A stretch of 64,000 nucleotides of DNA from Candidatus Latescibacterota bacterium (GCA_964291625.2 OZ220089.1:928001-992000); one strand, 5' to 3'. Shown: positions 9,642 through 20,230, counted from the first letter of the stretch. Translations and numbers: made by a program. Notes: generated from the letters alone by a model not told the origin.

Positions 9642-12600
9642 CGCAGCAGGGTCAGCTTTCGTGTCAGGACGCCTTCCCCCGTCACCAGCCGGAAGAGGTA
9701 GACGCCGCTGCCCAGGGGCCGCCCCTCGCCGTCGCGGCCGTCCCAGTGAAGGCGGTGGTACCCGGTCGGCAGCGGGCCCCGCCACAGGACCGCCAGCCGC
9801 TGCCCGGTCACGGAGAACACCTCCAGCCGCACCGGGCCGGGTCGCAGCAGGAACCAGGAGAACACGGTCTCGCTGTTGAACGGGTTGGGCCAGTTCTGCC
9901 GCAGTTCGGTCTCGCCGGGCAACCCGATCAGCTCCCGCGCCATGGCCACCAGCTTGGCCTGGCCCGACGGGTTGAAGGCGTCGATGAACTTGAAGAAGTC
10001 GGCGAAGTCGACGGTGCCGTTGCCGTCGAGGTCGAAGCGGGCGTCGGTGGTGCCGTAGGCGTCGATGAACAGGAAGAAGTCGGCGAAGTCGGTCTTGCCG
10101 TCGCCGTTGAAATCGGTGGCGGCCTGCGCCTGGGGTGCCTGGGCCCTGGAGGGCATGTTGTACGAGTAGATCTTCTTGTCGGACAGGTCGGAGACCCACA
10201 TCGTCTCGCCGTCCGACCAGAGGCCGAGAGTGACGTGGGTCAGAGTGGGATGCAAGGCGCTGAAGTCCCTTGACGAGTCCCGGGACCCGGTGGCCATCTC
10301 GTAGGCGAACAACCTCAGGAACAGCGAGTCTCCAACCCACAGAGTCACGCCGTCCGACCAGATGCCGAAGGCTCTCTGGTTGCCGTCCGAACGTAGTGTA
10401 TTGATGTCCTTGCTCGCGTCCCTGGATTTCGTTGCAAGGTCGTAGGCGAAGACCTTGTCATCATTGTTGTCGTGGTTGACCACCCACAGGGTCGTGCCGT
10501 CCGACCAGAGGCCCCGAGGGTTGTCGTTGCCCGCCGCGCCCAGGGTAGCGAAGTCCTTGGCCGCGTCTCTCGCCTTGGTGGACAGGCTGTACGCATAGAT
10601 CCTGGCGTCTGCCCCATCCGCCACCCACAGGGTCGTGCCGTCCGACCAGAGGCCGCGGGGATCGTCGTTGCCGGCCGCCTTCAGCGTGTTGAAGTCCTTC
10701 GATGCATCCCTGGCCTTGGTGGCCAGATTGTAGGCGAAGATCTTGGACTCGGGAGCGTTGTTGTAGTTGGCCACCCACAGGGTCGTGCCATCCGACCAGA
10801 GGCCGGCAGGATGATTGTTCCCGGCGACCAGGGTGTTGAAGTCATCGACGGCCTTCCAACCGAAGGGGGCCGTCACACCGCGGCCGATCACGACTGCATA
10901 GGCCTTCGCAGTCTGCCCGTCGCTTGCGGTGACCGTGACTGTGACTTCGTTTCGGCCCTCTGACAGCGAGACCGGGTAGGAAGAGCCGCTCGAGACGGAG
11001 ATGCCGCCGATGTCGATGCTGGAGCCGGCATCGGTCGGTGTTGCGGAAATGCTGACCTGGGTCACTGCATTGGCGACGCCCACGTGGTAGGTGGTCACGT
11101 CCGCGGAGAAACCTGCGATGTCCACCGGACGGACGGAAAGGCTGCCGAGCGTGGCGTCCGCGGGCGGAACAGGTGCCGGAGGGGGCTCTGCCGGTGCCGG
11201 CATGTTGTAGGCGTATATCTTCGCCCCATCGTGTATGTCCCCGTCGGCCACCCACATGGTCACCCCGTCGGACCAGATGCCTCGGGGCGTCCCGTTTCCG
11301 GCGGCCCGAAGGGTAGCGAAGTCCCTCGAGGAATCCCTGGCCCCGGAGGCCAGGTAGTATGCGTACAGCCTGCTTTGGGACCAGTTGGCGACCCAGATGG
11401 TCGTGCTGTCGGACCAGATGTACTCGAACAGGCCGGAGCCGGGGCCTGTGACGTAGTCGAAGTCCCTGGCGGAGTCACGATCCTTCGTGCTCAGGTCGTA
11501 GGCATAGATGTGGTTGTCCTCATCGTCCACGACCCACATGGTCGTGCCGTCCGACCAGAGGCCGGCGGGATCGTCGTTGCCGGCCTCCTTCAGCCCGTCG
11601 AAGTCCTTGGAGGCGTCTCGCGCGCCGGTCGAAAGGCTGTAGGCGTACAACTTGGCGTCCTCGGAGTCGGCGACCCACATGGTCGTGCCGTCCGACCAGA
11701 GGCCCTTGGGGCTGTTGTTGCCGGAAGTGTTCGGGGTGTCCAGGTCCTTGGCGGCATCGCGAGCGCTCGTGGCCATGCTGTAGGCATAGATCTTGTCGTC
11801 ACGGGTGTCGACCACCCACATGGTTGTACCGTCCGACCAGAGGCCGCCCGGAGAGCGGTTGCCCGCGGCCTCGAGAGTGTTGAAGTCCGCGGCAGCCTTC
11901 CAGCCAAAGGTCGTGGTCACGCTCCGCACTACGGTTACGGTATAGACCTTGGTCGTCCGTCCGTCATCGGCGGTCACCGTGATGGTTATTTCATTTCGCC
12001 CCTCTGAGAGCGATATCGAATGGGCGGCGCCGCTGGCGACGGTGCTCCCGTCGATGTCGATCGTGCCACCTGAGAGGTTGACGGTTGGCGTCAACGAGAC
12101 CTGAGTCACGTCGTTGGCGACGGCCACGCGATAGGCGGTCACATCGGGGGAAAACCCCGTGATGTCCTTTGGTGTGACCGTCAGTCCTCTGAGCGTGGCA
12201 TCCACGCGGCTTGGCATGTTGTAGGATTGGATCCCTATCCATGAGTAGGGATAAGAGTGTCTGGAGCCTCTAGCCGTCACCCACATCGTCTCGCCGTCAG
12301 ACCATATTCCCCAGGGCGCCTGACCGGCCGTGTCGATCAGCCAGTTGAAGTCTCTCGAGGGCACTCGCTGTTTTGTGTTTCGATCGTAGGCGTACAGCTT
12401 GTTGTCTACATTGTCCGCCACCCACATCGTATGTCCATCTGTCCAAATGCCTCCAATGTCCGTGTTTCCGGCGGCTTCCAACGTGTTGAAGTCTGCTTGA
12501 GGATTCCGCTGTAGTGAATGTCGGTTGAATGCGAGTAGCTGTCCGTTTGCTACAACCCAGAACCCTTCGAGAACCGGATCCACCGCCAGGCCTTCCGGGC

Positions 12601-14692
12601 CGTCGATTCCAGCACTGACGAGGTCGAATTCCCGGGCGGAGTTCCTTGCATAGTTTGACAGGTTGTAGGCGTATATTCTGAGATCCGACACCCACATCGT
12701 CGTTCCGTCCGATGTGATGCCCCGTGGTCCCCGATTGCCGTGAGTTGCCAGCGTACCCGGGCCCTGCTTCTTGCTGGCCATGCTGTATGAGCACAGCTCG
12801 TCCAGACCCCCTCCGGGGGTTGGGCACGTCACCCACATCGTCGTGCCGTTGGACCAGATACCGTAGGGCCCGGCATACCATCTAGGGTCACCAACGTCGT
12901 TGAAGTCCTCAGTAACCTTCCAGCGGAACGGAGCGTTGGAGCCCCGGTCCACGGCAATGCTGTACTCCTTGGTGGTCGTGCCGTCTTGCGCGGTTACCGT
13001 GATGGCGATTGCGGGGTTTCTTCCCTCTCTCAGCGAGACGGTGTGGCCCGATCCGCTGGCGACGGTGGTTCCATTGATGTCGATGGTCGCCCCGTCGTCA
13101 TTCAGGTAGGGCGTTACCGTGACCTCGCTGACTGCGTGGGCCACGCCAATGTGATAGGTGAGCACGTCGGCGGCGAAACCCTCGATGTCCACGGGACTGA
13201 CGCCCAGCGCTTTCAGCGTGGCGTCATTCGGGGAACCGGCGTCGGTCGGCGGGGGGGCATCTGGCCTCTGCTCTCCGAACTCCCGCCAGGTGGCGGTGCC
13301 GTCGCCGTCCAGGTCAGCCCGGAGCGCCGGGTACTGCTGCGCGGTCCCGAACTCCCAGGGGTCGTCGCCGCCCGTGCTCCCATCGTAGTCGCCGTCCGCG
13401 TTGTCCACGTCCACGTTCCATGCCGCGTAGATGCCCGCGTACCCGGTGGGAGTCTGGAGTTCGGTCGTTGTCCTGCCCTCGCCTCCGGCGCTTGAAACCC
13501 TGCCCGAGGTCACGGTATTCCAATAGCAATTCCGGATGAACGAGGAGCTGTTGTTGATGGCCAGGTCATAGTCTCTCCCCACCAGTCCGCCGACGCTGCT
13601 CCCCGTCCCCGTCACCCAGCCTGTCGCGTAGCTGGCGACGATGCTCCCCTGGATCTCTCCCACCAGCCCGCCGACATACTCTGTGCCGGTCACCGCACCC
13701 GACGCATAGCATGCCCGGATACCGCCGCCCCAGTTCTTGCCCACCAACCCGCCGACATGGTTCACTCCGGTGACCGCGCCCGACGCATAGCTGACTGCGA
13801 TGCTCCCGCCGTTGTGAAACCCCACCAATCCACCGACCGCCGCACTGCTGCCCGTACCTCTCACCGCCCCGGTCGCGTAGCTGGCGCGGATGCTGCCATA
13901 GTTGTACCCGGCCAGCCCGCCGACCCTGCCATGGCTGCCCGAGCCGGTCACCGACGCCGAAGCATGGCTGGCGACGATGCTGCGGCTGGCGCCGCTGGAG
14001 CCGGCGTTCCTGCCGACCAGCCCTCCGACTTCGCAGCGTCCCACTCCCGTACTCGTCACCGACCCCGTCACATGGCTCGCAGTGATGCTGCCGGCGTTCC
14101 TGCCCGCCAGCCCGCCGACAATGGCTCCCCGGCCCGAGCCGGTCACCGAGACCCCCGTAAGGACCAGATTCCGCACCTGCCCGCCGTCGCCGACAACGCC
14201 GAACAGGCCGACCCTGCTCGAGGAGCGATCGATGTACATGCTCTGGATGGTGTACGAATTGCCGTCGAAGGTGGCGGTGAATTCGTTGCCGGAGCCGGAA
14301 CTGCCTATGGGCATCCAGCCCGAGCCGCCGTTCCAGTATTCGTCGGCTCCATCCACATCGCCATCGCCATCGGTGTCGAAGTCAAGGTCCGCGGGCAGCT
14401 CGTACCCGGTGCAGGACGTGGCGGGACAGCCCATGCCCGCGGCGGCATTGGGAAAGGCCGCGGCATAGGAGGAAGTGTTGGTGCCCTGGTCCGCGGCGCC
14501 GTCGCCGTCCAGGTCCCAGCGGATGGCGTTCAGTTGCGCCAGGCTGCTGATCTCGATCAGGCCGTCGCCATCGCTGTCGTAGGAGACCGTGGAGGCTGCG
14601 GCTGATGCCACCGCCAACAGAAGGGCAGCGCAACAAGAGACCCATCCAGGAACCAGCCGGGTGGATCGGTGACTCACAGTTGGCCTTCCCAT
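9638..14692 (-). CDS. Large secreted adhesin-like protein: GLUG repeats, 3x (cadherin-like beta-sandwich + five-repeat propeller), dockerin/EF-hand, FlgD-Ig tail
   Basis: 1684-aa ORF with signal peptide; VGGLVG repeats; three DATL..L.V.P.DI.GF..DV..Y domains, each followed by five GxWSDG repeats ending YNMP; shared C-terminal cassette. Confidence 0.85.
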   Translation of the reverse strand: MGRPTVSHRSTRLVPGWVSCCAALLLAVASAAASTVSYDSDGDGLIEISSLAQLNAIRWDLDGDGAADQGTNTSSYAAAFPNAAAGMGCPATSCTGYELPADLDFDTDGDGDVDGADEYWNGGSGWMPIGSSGSGNEFTATFDGNSYTIQSMYIDRSSSRVGLFGVVGDGGQVRNLVLTGVSVTGSGRGAIVGGLAGRNAGSITASHVTGSVTSTGVGRCEVGGLVGRNAGSSGASRSIVASHASASVTGSGSHGRVGGLAGYNYGSIRASYATGAVRGTGSSAAVGGLVGFHNGGSIAVSYASGAVTGVNHVGGLVGKNWGGGIRACYASGAVTGTEYVGGLVGEIQGSIVASYATGWVTGTGSSVGGLVGRDYDLAINNSSSFIRNCYWNTVTSGRVSSAGGEGRTTTELQTPTGYAGIYAAWNVDVDNADGDYDGSTGGDDPWEFGTAQQYPALRADLDGDGTATWREFGEQRPDAPPPTDAGSPNDATLKALGVSPVDIEGFAADVLTYHIGVAHAVSEVTVTPYLNDDGATIDINGTTVASGSGHTVSLREGRNPAIAITVTAQDGTTTKEYSIAVDRGSNAPFRWKVTEDFNDVGDPRWYAGPYGIWSNGTTMWVTCPTPGGGLDELCSYSMASKKQGPGTLATHGNRGPRGITSDGTTMWVSDLRIYAYNLSNYARNSAREFDLVSAGIDGPEGLAVDPVLEGFWVVANGQLLAFNRHSLQRNPQADFNTLEAAGNTDIGGIWTDGHTMWVADNVDNKLYAYDRNTKQRVPSRDFNWLIDTAGQAPWGIWSDGETMWVTARGSRHSYPYSWIGIQSYNMPSRVDATLRGLTVTPKDITGFSPDVTAYRVAVANDVTQVSLTPTVNLSGGTIDIDGSTVASGAAHSISLSEGRNEITITVTADDGRTTKVYTVTVVRSVTTTFGWKAAADFNTLEAAGNRSPGGLWSDGTTMWVVDTRDDKIYAYSMATSARDAAKDLDTPNTSGNNSPKGLWSDGTTMWVADSEDAKLYAYSLSTGARDASKDFDGLKEAGNDDPAGLWSDGTTMWVVDDEDNHIYAYDLSTKDRDSARDFDYVTGPGSGLFEYIWSDSTTIWVANWSQSRLYAYYLASGARDSSRDFATLRAAGNGTPRGIWSDGVTMWVADGDIHDGAKIYAYNMPAPAEPPPAPVPPADATLGSLSVRPVDIAGFSADVTTYHVGVANAVTQVSISATPTDAGSSIDIGGISVSSGSSYPVSLSEGRNEVTVTVTASDGQTAKAYAVVIGRGVTAPFGWKAVDDFNTLVAGNNHPAGLWSDGTTLWVANYNNAPESKIFAYNLATKARDASKDFNTLKAAGNDDPRGLWSDGTTLWVADGADARIYAYSLSTKARDAAKDFATLGAAGNDNPRGLWSDGTTLWVVNHDNNDDKVFAYDLATKSRDASKDINTLRSDGNQRAFGIWSDGVTLWVGDSLFLRLFAYEMATGSRDSSRDFSALHPTLTHVTLGLWSDGETMWVSDLSDKKIYSYNMPSRAQAPQAQAATDFNGDGKTDFADFFLFIDAYGTTDARFDLDGNGTVDFADFFKFIDAFNPSGQAKLVAMARELIGLPGETELRQNWPNPFNSETVFSWFLLRPGPVRLEVFSVTGQRLAVLWRGPLPTGYHRLHWDGRDGEGRPLGSGVYLFRLVTGEGVLTRKLTLLR

Positions 14693-14753
14693 GTAGTCCG
14701 CTCCCCCCTGCGAATCAGCGGCGCCGTTGTTGGCTCCCGGGTCAAGGACTCCC

Positions 14754-17700
14754 TCATCGCAACAAGGTCAGCTTGCGCGTCAGGACACCCTCGGAGGTCA
14801 CCAGCCGGTACAGGTAGACACCGCTGGCCAGGGGCCGTCCCGCGTCGTCGCGGCCGTCCCAGTGAAGGCGGTGATATCCGGCCTTCTGCCGGCCCTGCCA
14901 CAGGACCGCCAGCCGCTGCCCGGTCAGGGCGAACACCTCCAGCCGCGCCGCTCCCGGTTCCGGCAGGAACCAGGAGATGACGGTCTCGCTGTTGAACGGG
15001 TTGGGCCGGCTCTGGTGCAGCTCGGGCGCCGCCGGCAACCCGATCAGCTCCCGGGCCATGGCCACCAGCTTGGTGCCCTGTCCGGGCTGGTCGAAGGCAT
15101 CGACGAACTTGAAGAAATCGGCGAAATCGACGGTGCCGTTGCCGTCGAGGTCGAAGCGGGCATCGCTGGTCCCGTAGGCGTCGATGAACTGGAAGAAGTC
15201 GGCGAAATCGGTTCGGCCGTCGCCGTTGAAGTCGGTGGCGGCCTGGGTCTGTGTCTGACCGCAGTCGGACAGACCGAGGGTATCCAGATCGTTGTTCGTC
15301 ACGTCCCGCAGGCCCCCGGGGATGCACCCGGTCAACTGGTTGCCGCCGACGTACAGGTGCGTCAGGTTGGTCAGGTTCCCCAACTCGGTCGGGATGGACC
15401 CGGTCAGTTGGTTGTCGGAGAGCCACAGGCGCGTCAGGTTGGTCAGGTTGCCCAACTCCGCTGGTATGGACCCGCTGAGCTGGTTGTTGGAGAGACCCAG
15501 AGTCGTCAAGTTGGTCAGGTTCCCCAACTCGGCCGGGATGGACCCGGACAGTTGATTGTTGGTCAGCCCCAGCGTCGTCAGGTTGGCCAGGTTCCCCAAC
15601 TCGGTCGGGATGGACCCGCTCAACCGATTGCTGTCCAGGGACAGGGAGGTCAGGTCGTTCAGGTTGCCCAGTTCGGAGGGGATCCGTCCGCTCAGCTGGT
15701 TGCTCTGGAGCCTCAGGTTGGTCAGTTCCGTCAGGCGGCCCAGTTCGGAAGGGATCCGTCCGCTCAACCGGTTGTGGTTGATCTCCAGTTGAGTCAGGTT
15801 GGACAGGTTGCCGAGTTCGGGAGGAATCGCACCGCTCAAGTGGTTGCCATAGAGATACAGGGCGGACAGGAAGGTGAGGTTGCCCAGCTCGGGCGGTATC
15901 GTCCCCCTCAACCCGTTCCATTCAAGGCTCAGATTGTAGACCCGGCCGAGGTTGTTGGTTCTGACCCCTTTCCACTCACCCATGGGCCTGCCGCTGAGCC
16001 AGTTCGCCCGGCCCTGCCAGCCGGAGCCGTTGGTGGCGCTGTAGAGCGCAGCCAGCGCGGCGCTGTCAGGGTGAGCGGGCACGGCGGTGACCGGGGAGAC
16101 ATCCGTCCACTCGGAGGCGTCCCACAGCTCGATGCCGTTCAGCCCTACCGAAGCGAGCAGGGACCCATCGGGAGAAAAGACCCCGTTGATCCCGAAACCC
16201 CAGTTGTCCTTCAGCCGGTCCGGGTGTCCGAGCCTTGCGATGCTCCTTGCCGTCTCCACGTCCCAGAGCACGATCTCGCCCAGTTGGGCACCCGTGACAA
16301 GTGTCGCTCCGTCCGCGGAAAAGGACGCCTTTCCATGCCCCTGGAGGGCGACCGTGTCCCTTGCCGCCACGCCCCACAGCAGCATCGGGCCGTCCGTGCT
16401 CGATGCGAGAAGGGTCCCGTCGGGCGAGAACGCGATGGCGAGGACTCGGCCGGTGTTTCCCTCCAGGGTGCCGGTATTCGTTTGCGATGCGGCGTCCCAC
16501 AGCTTGACGGTTCCGTCGCGGGACCCGGAAGCGAGGGTTCCATCGGACGACCAGGCGACCGAGAAGACATGACTCGTATGCCCGGTGAGGGTGGCGATCA
16601 GGGACTCGTTGGCCACGTCCCACAGCTTGATCGTCCGGTCCCCGGAGCCGGAGGCGAGGGTGTCCCCGCTGGGCGAGAACGCCACCGAATGGACCCCCGT
16701 CGGTCCCCCTGTGTGCCCGGGCAGAGTGGCGATGAGCGTTCGGCTCGCCACGTCCCAGAGCTTGAGATTCGCCTGTCTGGTGCTGGTAGTCCCGGAAGCG
16801 ATGGTGGCCCCGTCGGGGGAAAAGGCCAACGCCGAGCTGCCCCCGCTGAGAGTGCCGACCGCGGCTCGTGTCACCGTGTCCCAGATCTGGATTCCCGCGG
16901 ACGAACTGACGGCGAGAGTCGTCCCATCCGGCGAGAACTCGGCGCCGTAGATCTCCGGCGAAATGTCCCGCGTATACCTGAAGAGCGTGGCGAGGTGGTG
17001 GGGCGACTCTTCGGCCACGACATAGTGAGAGTCCTTGTAGGGTCCGCTGTTTGCATTCCCTTCGGTATCGACCGCCTGGATGGAGACATAGTGCGCCGGG
17101 GAAACGGAAAGACTCCCGGAGCCCGCGGACGGGACCACCCCGTCATGCTGGAATGCGACGACGGTATCCTGGGCGCCCTGCAAGTCGCGGCACGCCTTCA
17201 CCTCAGGAGACCCCGCAGCCGGGTGGGTTGCTCCTGACTTGAGGAAGAAGAGGGCCTGCTGCAGTCCCCGGCCTTCCGATCCCCTGACTCTCAATCGGAT
17301 GGAGAAGCTTGTTGATCCTGCGGCATAGCGCAGGGGCGAGACAAGCTCGACAGTCGGACCAAGAATGTCGTACCAGCCCTGTTGTTCCTCGATGGGGACA
17401 TGGGGGTCGAAATAGGGATGCACGGCGAGGAACCCCGCGCTGCATGCCGACAACCGGTTCCATGTGGGACCGTACGACATGATGTTGGCGCCGTCGTTGA
17501 AGTCGTGGTGCAAGCCGAAGGCATGGCCCAGCTCGTGGGCGGCCGTGGCGTCGAGGAAGCTGGCGGGAAGCAGGGCATAGCCGCTGTTCTTTCCCCAGCG
17601 GCCGCCGAACCCCGCCACGTTGCCCCAGCCGAGGTTGTTGTAGGTGCTGTGGTCGACGACGATGAACAGGATGCTGCTATTGGAGTCAAAGGTCGGTCTC

Positions 17701-18158
17701 AGGTCCCGGAGGACGTTGCCGACGCCGACGATGCGGTAGGAGCGGAGATAGCTGCTGTCGGAGTTGGGGGCGTCGACGCGGTGAACCACCGGATCGCCCT
17801 GGTCATCGGTTTCGATCTGGAAGGTCTTGTTGCCGTGGCCGCGGGCCTGCATCTGGTCGCGGAAGAACGCCTGGATCCGGGGGATCCTGACCTTGATCGA
17901 GTCGACCACGTCGGAGTCGAAGGTGCGGTCGCTGGGGATGAAGTAGATCAGCCGGACCGTGCGAGCAGGGCCCGCGGCGGAGGCGGCCAGGCTCCTGGCG
18001 GCCGGCGGCCCCGGGTGGTCGGCCTCCCAGTGCCCGGCATCGAGGGGCCGGCAGGAGTTCGCCCAGTCGATCCGGGAGCCAGAGGCATGGCCGGCGGTCG
18101 GAGAGAGCAGAAGTGGGAGGAACACAAGACAGGAGATGTGGATAAGTGGAGTTCTCAT
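14754..18158 (-). CDS. Secreted metzincin-type zinc metallopeptidase with WD40, LRR, dockerin/EF-hand and FlgD-Ig domains
   Basis: HELGHAFGLHH plus Met-turn IMSY; WD40 (SVAFSPSGDTLASGSGDRTIKLWD); 24-aa LRRs; shared C-terminal cassette. Alternative GTG start at 18176. Confidence 0.85.
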   Translation of the reverse strand: MRTPLIHISCLVFLPLLLSPTAGHASGSRIDWANSCRPLDAGHWEADHPGPPAARSLAASAAGPARTVRLIYFIPSDRTFDSDVVDSIKVRIPRIQAFFRDQMQARGHGNKTFQIETDDQGDPVVHRVDAPNSDSSYLRSYRIVGVGNVLRDLRPTFDSNSSILFIVVDHSTYNNLGWGNVAGFGGRWGKNSGYALLPASFLDATAAHELGHAFGLHHDFNDGANIMSYGPTWNRLSACSAGFLAVHPYFDPHVPIEEQQGWYDILGPTVELVSPLRYAAGSTSFSIRLRVRGSEGRGLQQALFFLKSGATHPAAGSPEVKACRDLQGAQDTVVAFQHDGVVPSAGSGSLSVSPAHYVSIQAVDTEGNANSGPYKDSHYVVAEESPHHLATLFRYTRDISPEIYGAEFSPDGTTLAVSSSAGIQIWDTVTRAAVGTLSGGSSALAFSPDGATIASGTTSTRQANLKLWDVASRTLIATLPGHTGGPTGVHSVAFSPSGDTLASGSGDRTIKLWDVANESLIATLTGHTSHVFSVAWSSDGTLASGSRDGTVKLWDAASQTNTGTLEGNTGRVLAIAFSPDGTLLASSTDGPMLLWGVAARDTVALQGHGKASFSADGATLVTGAQLGEIVLWDVETARSIARLGHPDRLKDNWGFGINGVFSPDGSLLASVGLNGIELWDASEWTDVSPVTAVPAHPDSAALAALYSATNGSGWQGRANWLSGRPMGEWKGVRTNNLGRVYNLSLEWNGLRGTIPPELGNLTFLSALYLYGNHLSGAIPPELGNLSNLTQLEINHNRLSGRIPSELGRLTELTNLRLQSNQLSGRIPSELGNLNDLTSLSLDSNRLSGSIPTELGNLANLTTLGLTNNQLSGSIPAELGNLTNLTTLGLSNNQLSGSIPAELGNLTNLTRLWLSDNQLTGSIPTELGNLTNLTHLYVGGNQLTGCIPGGLRDVTNNDLDTLGLSDCGQTQTQAATDFNGDGRTDFADFFQFIDAYGTSDARFDLDGNGTVDFADFFKFVDAFDQPGQGTKLVAMARELIGLPAAPELHQSRPNPFNSETVISWFLPEPGAARLEVFALTGQRLAVLWQGRQKAGYHRLHWDGRDDAGRPLASGVYLYRLVTSEGVLTRKLTLLR
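15320..15940 (-). repeat. Tandem 72-bp (24-aa) leucine-rich repeats
   Basis: LSGSIPxELGNLTNLTxLxLxNNQ units, with DNA periodicity visible (e.g. ggtcaggttccccaactcgg). Confidence 0.85.
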
Positions 18159-18172
18159 GTGGATATCTTTCC

Positions 18173-20218
18173 TCACTCTCGGGCCCCGTGACGGCGCAGG
18201 ACCCCGGCCGCCTGAAGGGCATCCTTGCGTACCGCCCAGTAGAGCGGTCCCCAGCCCTGATTGTCCTTCGCCTTCGCGTCGGCTCCCGCGTTCAGGAGGA
18301 CCTCGGCGGTCTCATGGGCATCGTTGGCCGCCGCCGAATGCAGCGGCGTCCAGCCGAACTTGTCCTTGGCGTGGACATCGGCTTCCTGTCCGAGCAGGAC
18401 CTCGGCGGTTGCAGAGGCATCTCCCGCCGCGGCCAGGTGCAGGGGCGTCCAACCGAACAGCCTCTCCCTGCCGTTGACATCGGCGCCGTGCTCGAGCAGG
18501 ACTTCCGCGGCCCCGGCAGCGTCTCCCTTGGCGGCCACGTGCAGCGGTGTCCAGCCGTCCTCGTTCCTGGCGTGGACATCGGCTCCCTGCAGGAAGAGGG
18601 ATGCGGCCACCAGGGGCAGGTTGAGGCGCGCGGCGATGTGCAGATCGGTGTCGCCCTTGTTCATCCCGCCCGGAGTTGGACGGCGACCCACCTCCTGGAC
18701 GAATGCCCGTTCCTGGCGCTGTCTCTCCAAACGCTCAGTTTCCAGCGCCGCCTGTTCCCGCTGCACCTCCGCCGGTTCCTGGCGCTCTTGCTCCAGCGCC
18801 GCCCGTTCCCCGGCCCGTTCCTGCAACCCCGCCTGTTTCTGACGCTCTCTCTCCAGGGCCGCTTCTTCGCGCTGCTCCTCCTCCAGCGCCGCCCGTTCCT
18901 CGCGCTCCCTCTCGAGCGCGGCCTGTTCCTGGCGCTGCTGCTCCAGTCTGGCCTGCTCCCGGCGCTCCTTCTCGAGCGCCGCCTGTCTCCGCTGCTCCTT
19001 CTCCAACGCGGCCTGTTCCAGCGCCCGTTCCCGCAGCGCGGCCTGCTCCTGGCGCTGCTGCTCCAGTCTGGCCTGCTCCTGCCGCTGTTTCTCCAGGGCC
19101 GCTTCTTCGCGCTGCTTCTCCAGCGCCGCCTCTTCCCGGCGCTGCTCCTCGAGGGCGGCCTGCTCCCGGGCCTGTCTCTCCAGCGCGGCTTGTCTCTGGC
19201 GCTCCTCCTCCTGTGCCGCCTCCCCGACATGCTCCACGTACCTCTGGCCGCCGAACAGGAGAGCCACCAGACCGAGCACAGCCGCAAGACGCTTGTAGGG
19301 GAAGCTCTTCCCGGGCTTCGATGGCGCCGCCTCCGGCTCTGTACCGCGCAGCACCTCCCGCCACGCCGCGATGCTCTGGGGACGATCGTGGGCGTCCACC
19401 CCCAGGGCGGCGTCTATCGCCCCGAGGAACTGTGGACTCGCCTCCCCCGCGCAGCGCTCGGCCACCGGAACCAGCGGGTCGCTCCGCATGCGGTCCGTCG
19501 CGTCGAAGGGGACCTCGCCGGTCAACGCCCGGTAGCACACCCCTCCCAGGGCATAGATGTCCGTCCAGGCTCCCTGGGAGGCCCGGGTCGAGTACTGTTC
19601 GATCGGGGCGAAGCCGGGGGTGACGATCGACGTGACCGAGCGGCTCCTGGCGCCCATGGCCTGGCGGGCGGCCCCGAAGTCCAGCAGCACGGGAGAGCCG
19701 TCCTTCGCCCGGAGGATGATGTTGGCGGGCTTGATGTCCCGGTGCAGGAACTCCGCTCCATGTACCACTTCCAGCGCACTGAGCAGCGGCTCCAGAATGC
19801 CCTTGAGCTCGCTCTCGCTCAGCTTTCCCTTCCGCTTCAGATGGGCGGACAGACTCTCGCCCTCCACGTAGTCCATCACGATGTAGGCCGTGCGGTGGGC
19901 CTCGAAGAAGTGATGGATGCGGACGATGGCGGGATGCTGAATGCGCGCCAGGATGCGGGCCTCGTCCAGGAAGCGCTCCAGGCCCCACTGGAAGTCCGGG
20001 GCGGCCTGGTCGGTCTGGGGCACCACGGACAGGTTGCGCTCGCGGGTGGCGAGGTCCGCGGGGAAGTACTCCTTGATCGCCACGGGGATATCGAGGGTGA
20101 CGTTCCACCCCAGGTAGGTGATGCCGAACCCGCCGTGGCCGAGAACCCGCTGAAACTCGAAGTCGCGTATGCGGGTCCCTCTCGGCAGCGCCAGGCGATG
20201 CTGTTGCTCTTCACTCAT
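18173..20218 (-). CDS. Hanks-type Ser/Thr protein kinase with TM helix, coiled-coil stalk and ankyrin repeats
   Basis: LGHGGFGITY, VAIKE, HRDIKPANI, DFG, GFAPIEQ; TM LAAVLGLVALLFGG; EQAALE decads; GWTPLHxAA ankyrin repeats. Confidence 0.93.
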   Translation of the reverse strand: MSEEQQHRLALPRGTRIRDFEFQRVLGHGGFGITYLGWNVTLDIPVAIKEYFPADLATRERNLSVVPQTDQAAPDFQWGLERFLDEARILARIQHPAIVRIHHFFEAHRTAYIVMDYVEGESLSAHLKRKGKLSESELKGILEPLLSALEVVHGAEFLHRDIKPANIILRAKDGSPVLLDFGAARQAMGARSRSVTSIVTPGFAPIEQYSTRASQGAWTDIYALGGVCYRALTGEVPFDATDRMRSDPLVPVAERCAGEASPQFLGAIDAALGVDAHDRPQSIAAWREVLRGTEPEAAPSKPGKSFPYKRLAAVLGLVALLFGGQRYVEHVGEAAQEEERQRQAALERQAREQAALEEQRREEAALEKQREEAALEKQRQEQARLEQQRQEQAALRERALEQAALEKEQRRQAALEKERREQARLEQQRQEQAALEREREERAALEEEQREEAALERERQKQAGLQERAGERAALEQERQEPAEVQREQAALETERLERQRQERAFVQEVGRRPTPGGMNKGDTDLHIAARLNLPLVAASLFLQGADVHARNEDGWTPLHVAAKGDAAGAAEVLLEHGADVNGRERLFGWTPLHLAAAGDASATAEVLLGQEADVHAKDKFGWTPLHSAAANDAHETAEVLLNAGADAKAKDNQGWGPLYWAVRKDALQAAGVLRRHGARE
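18720..19210 (-). repeat. 30-bp (10-aa) tandem repeat encoding a coiled coil in the kinase
   Basis: Repeated xEQAALExxx; near-identical DNA blocks 120 bp apart (ctggcgctgctgctccagtctggcctgctcc). Confidence 0.8.
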
Positions 20219-20230
20219 CGGCCGGGACCC

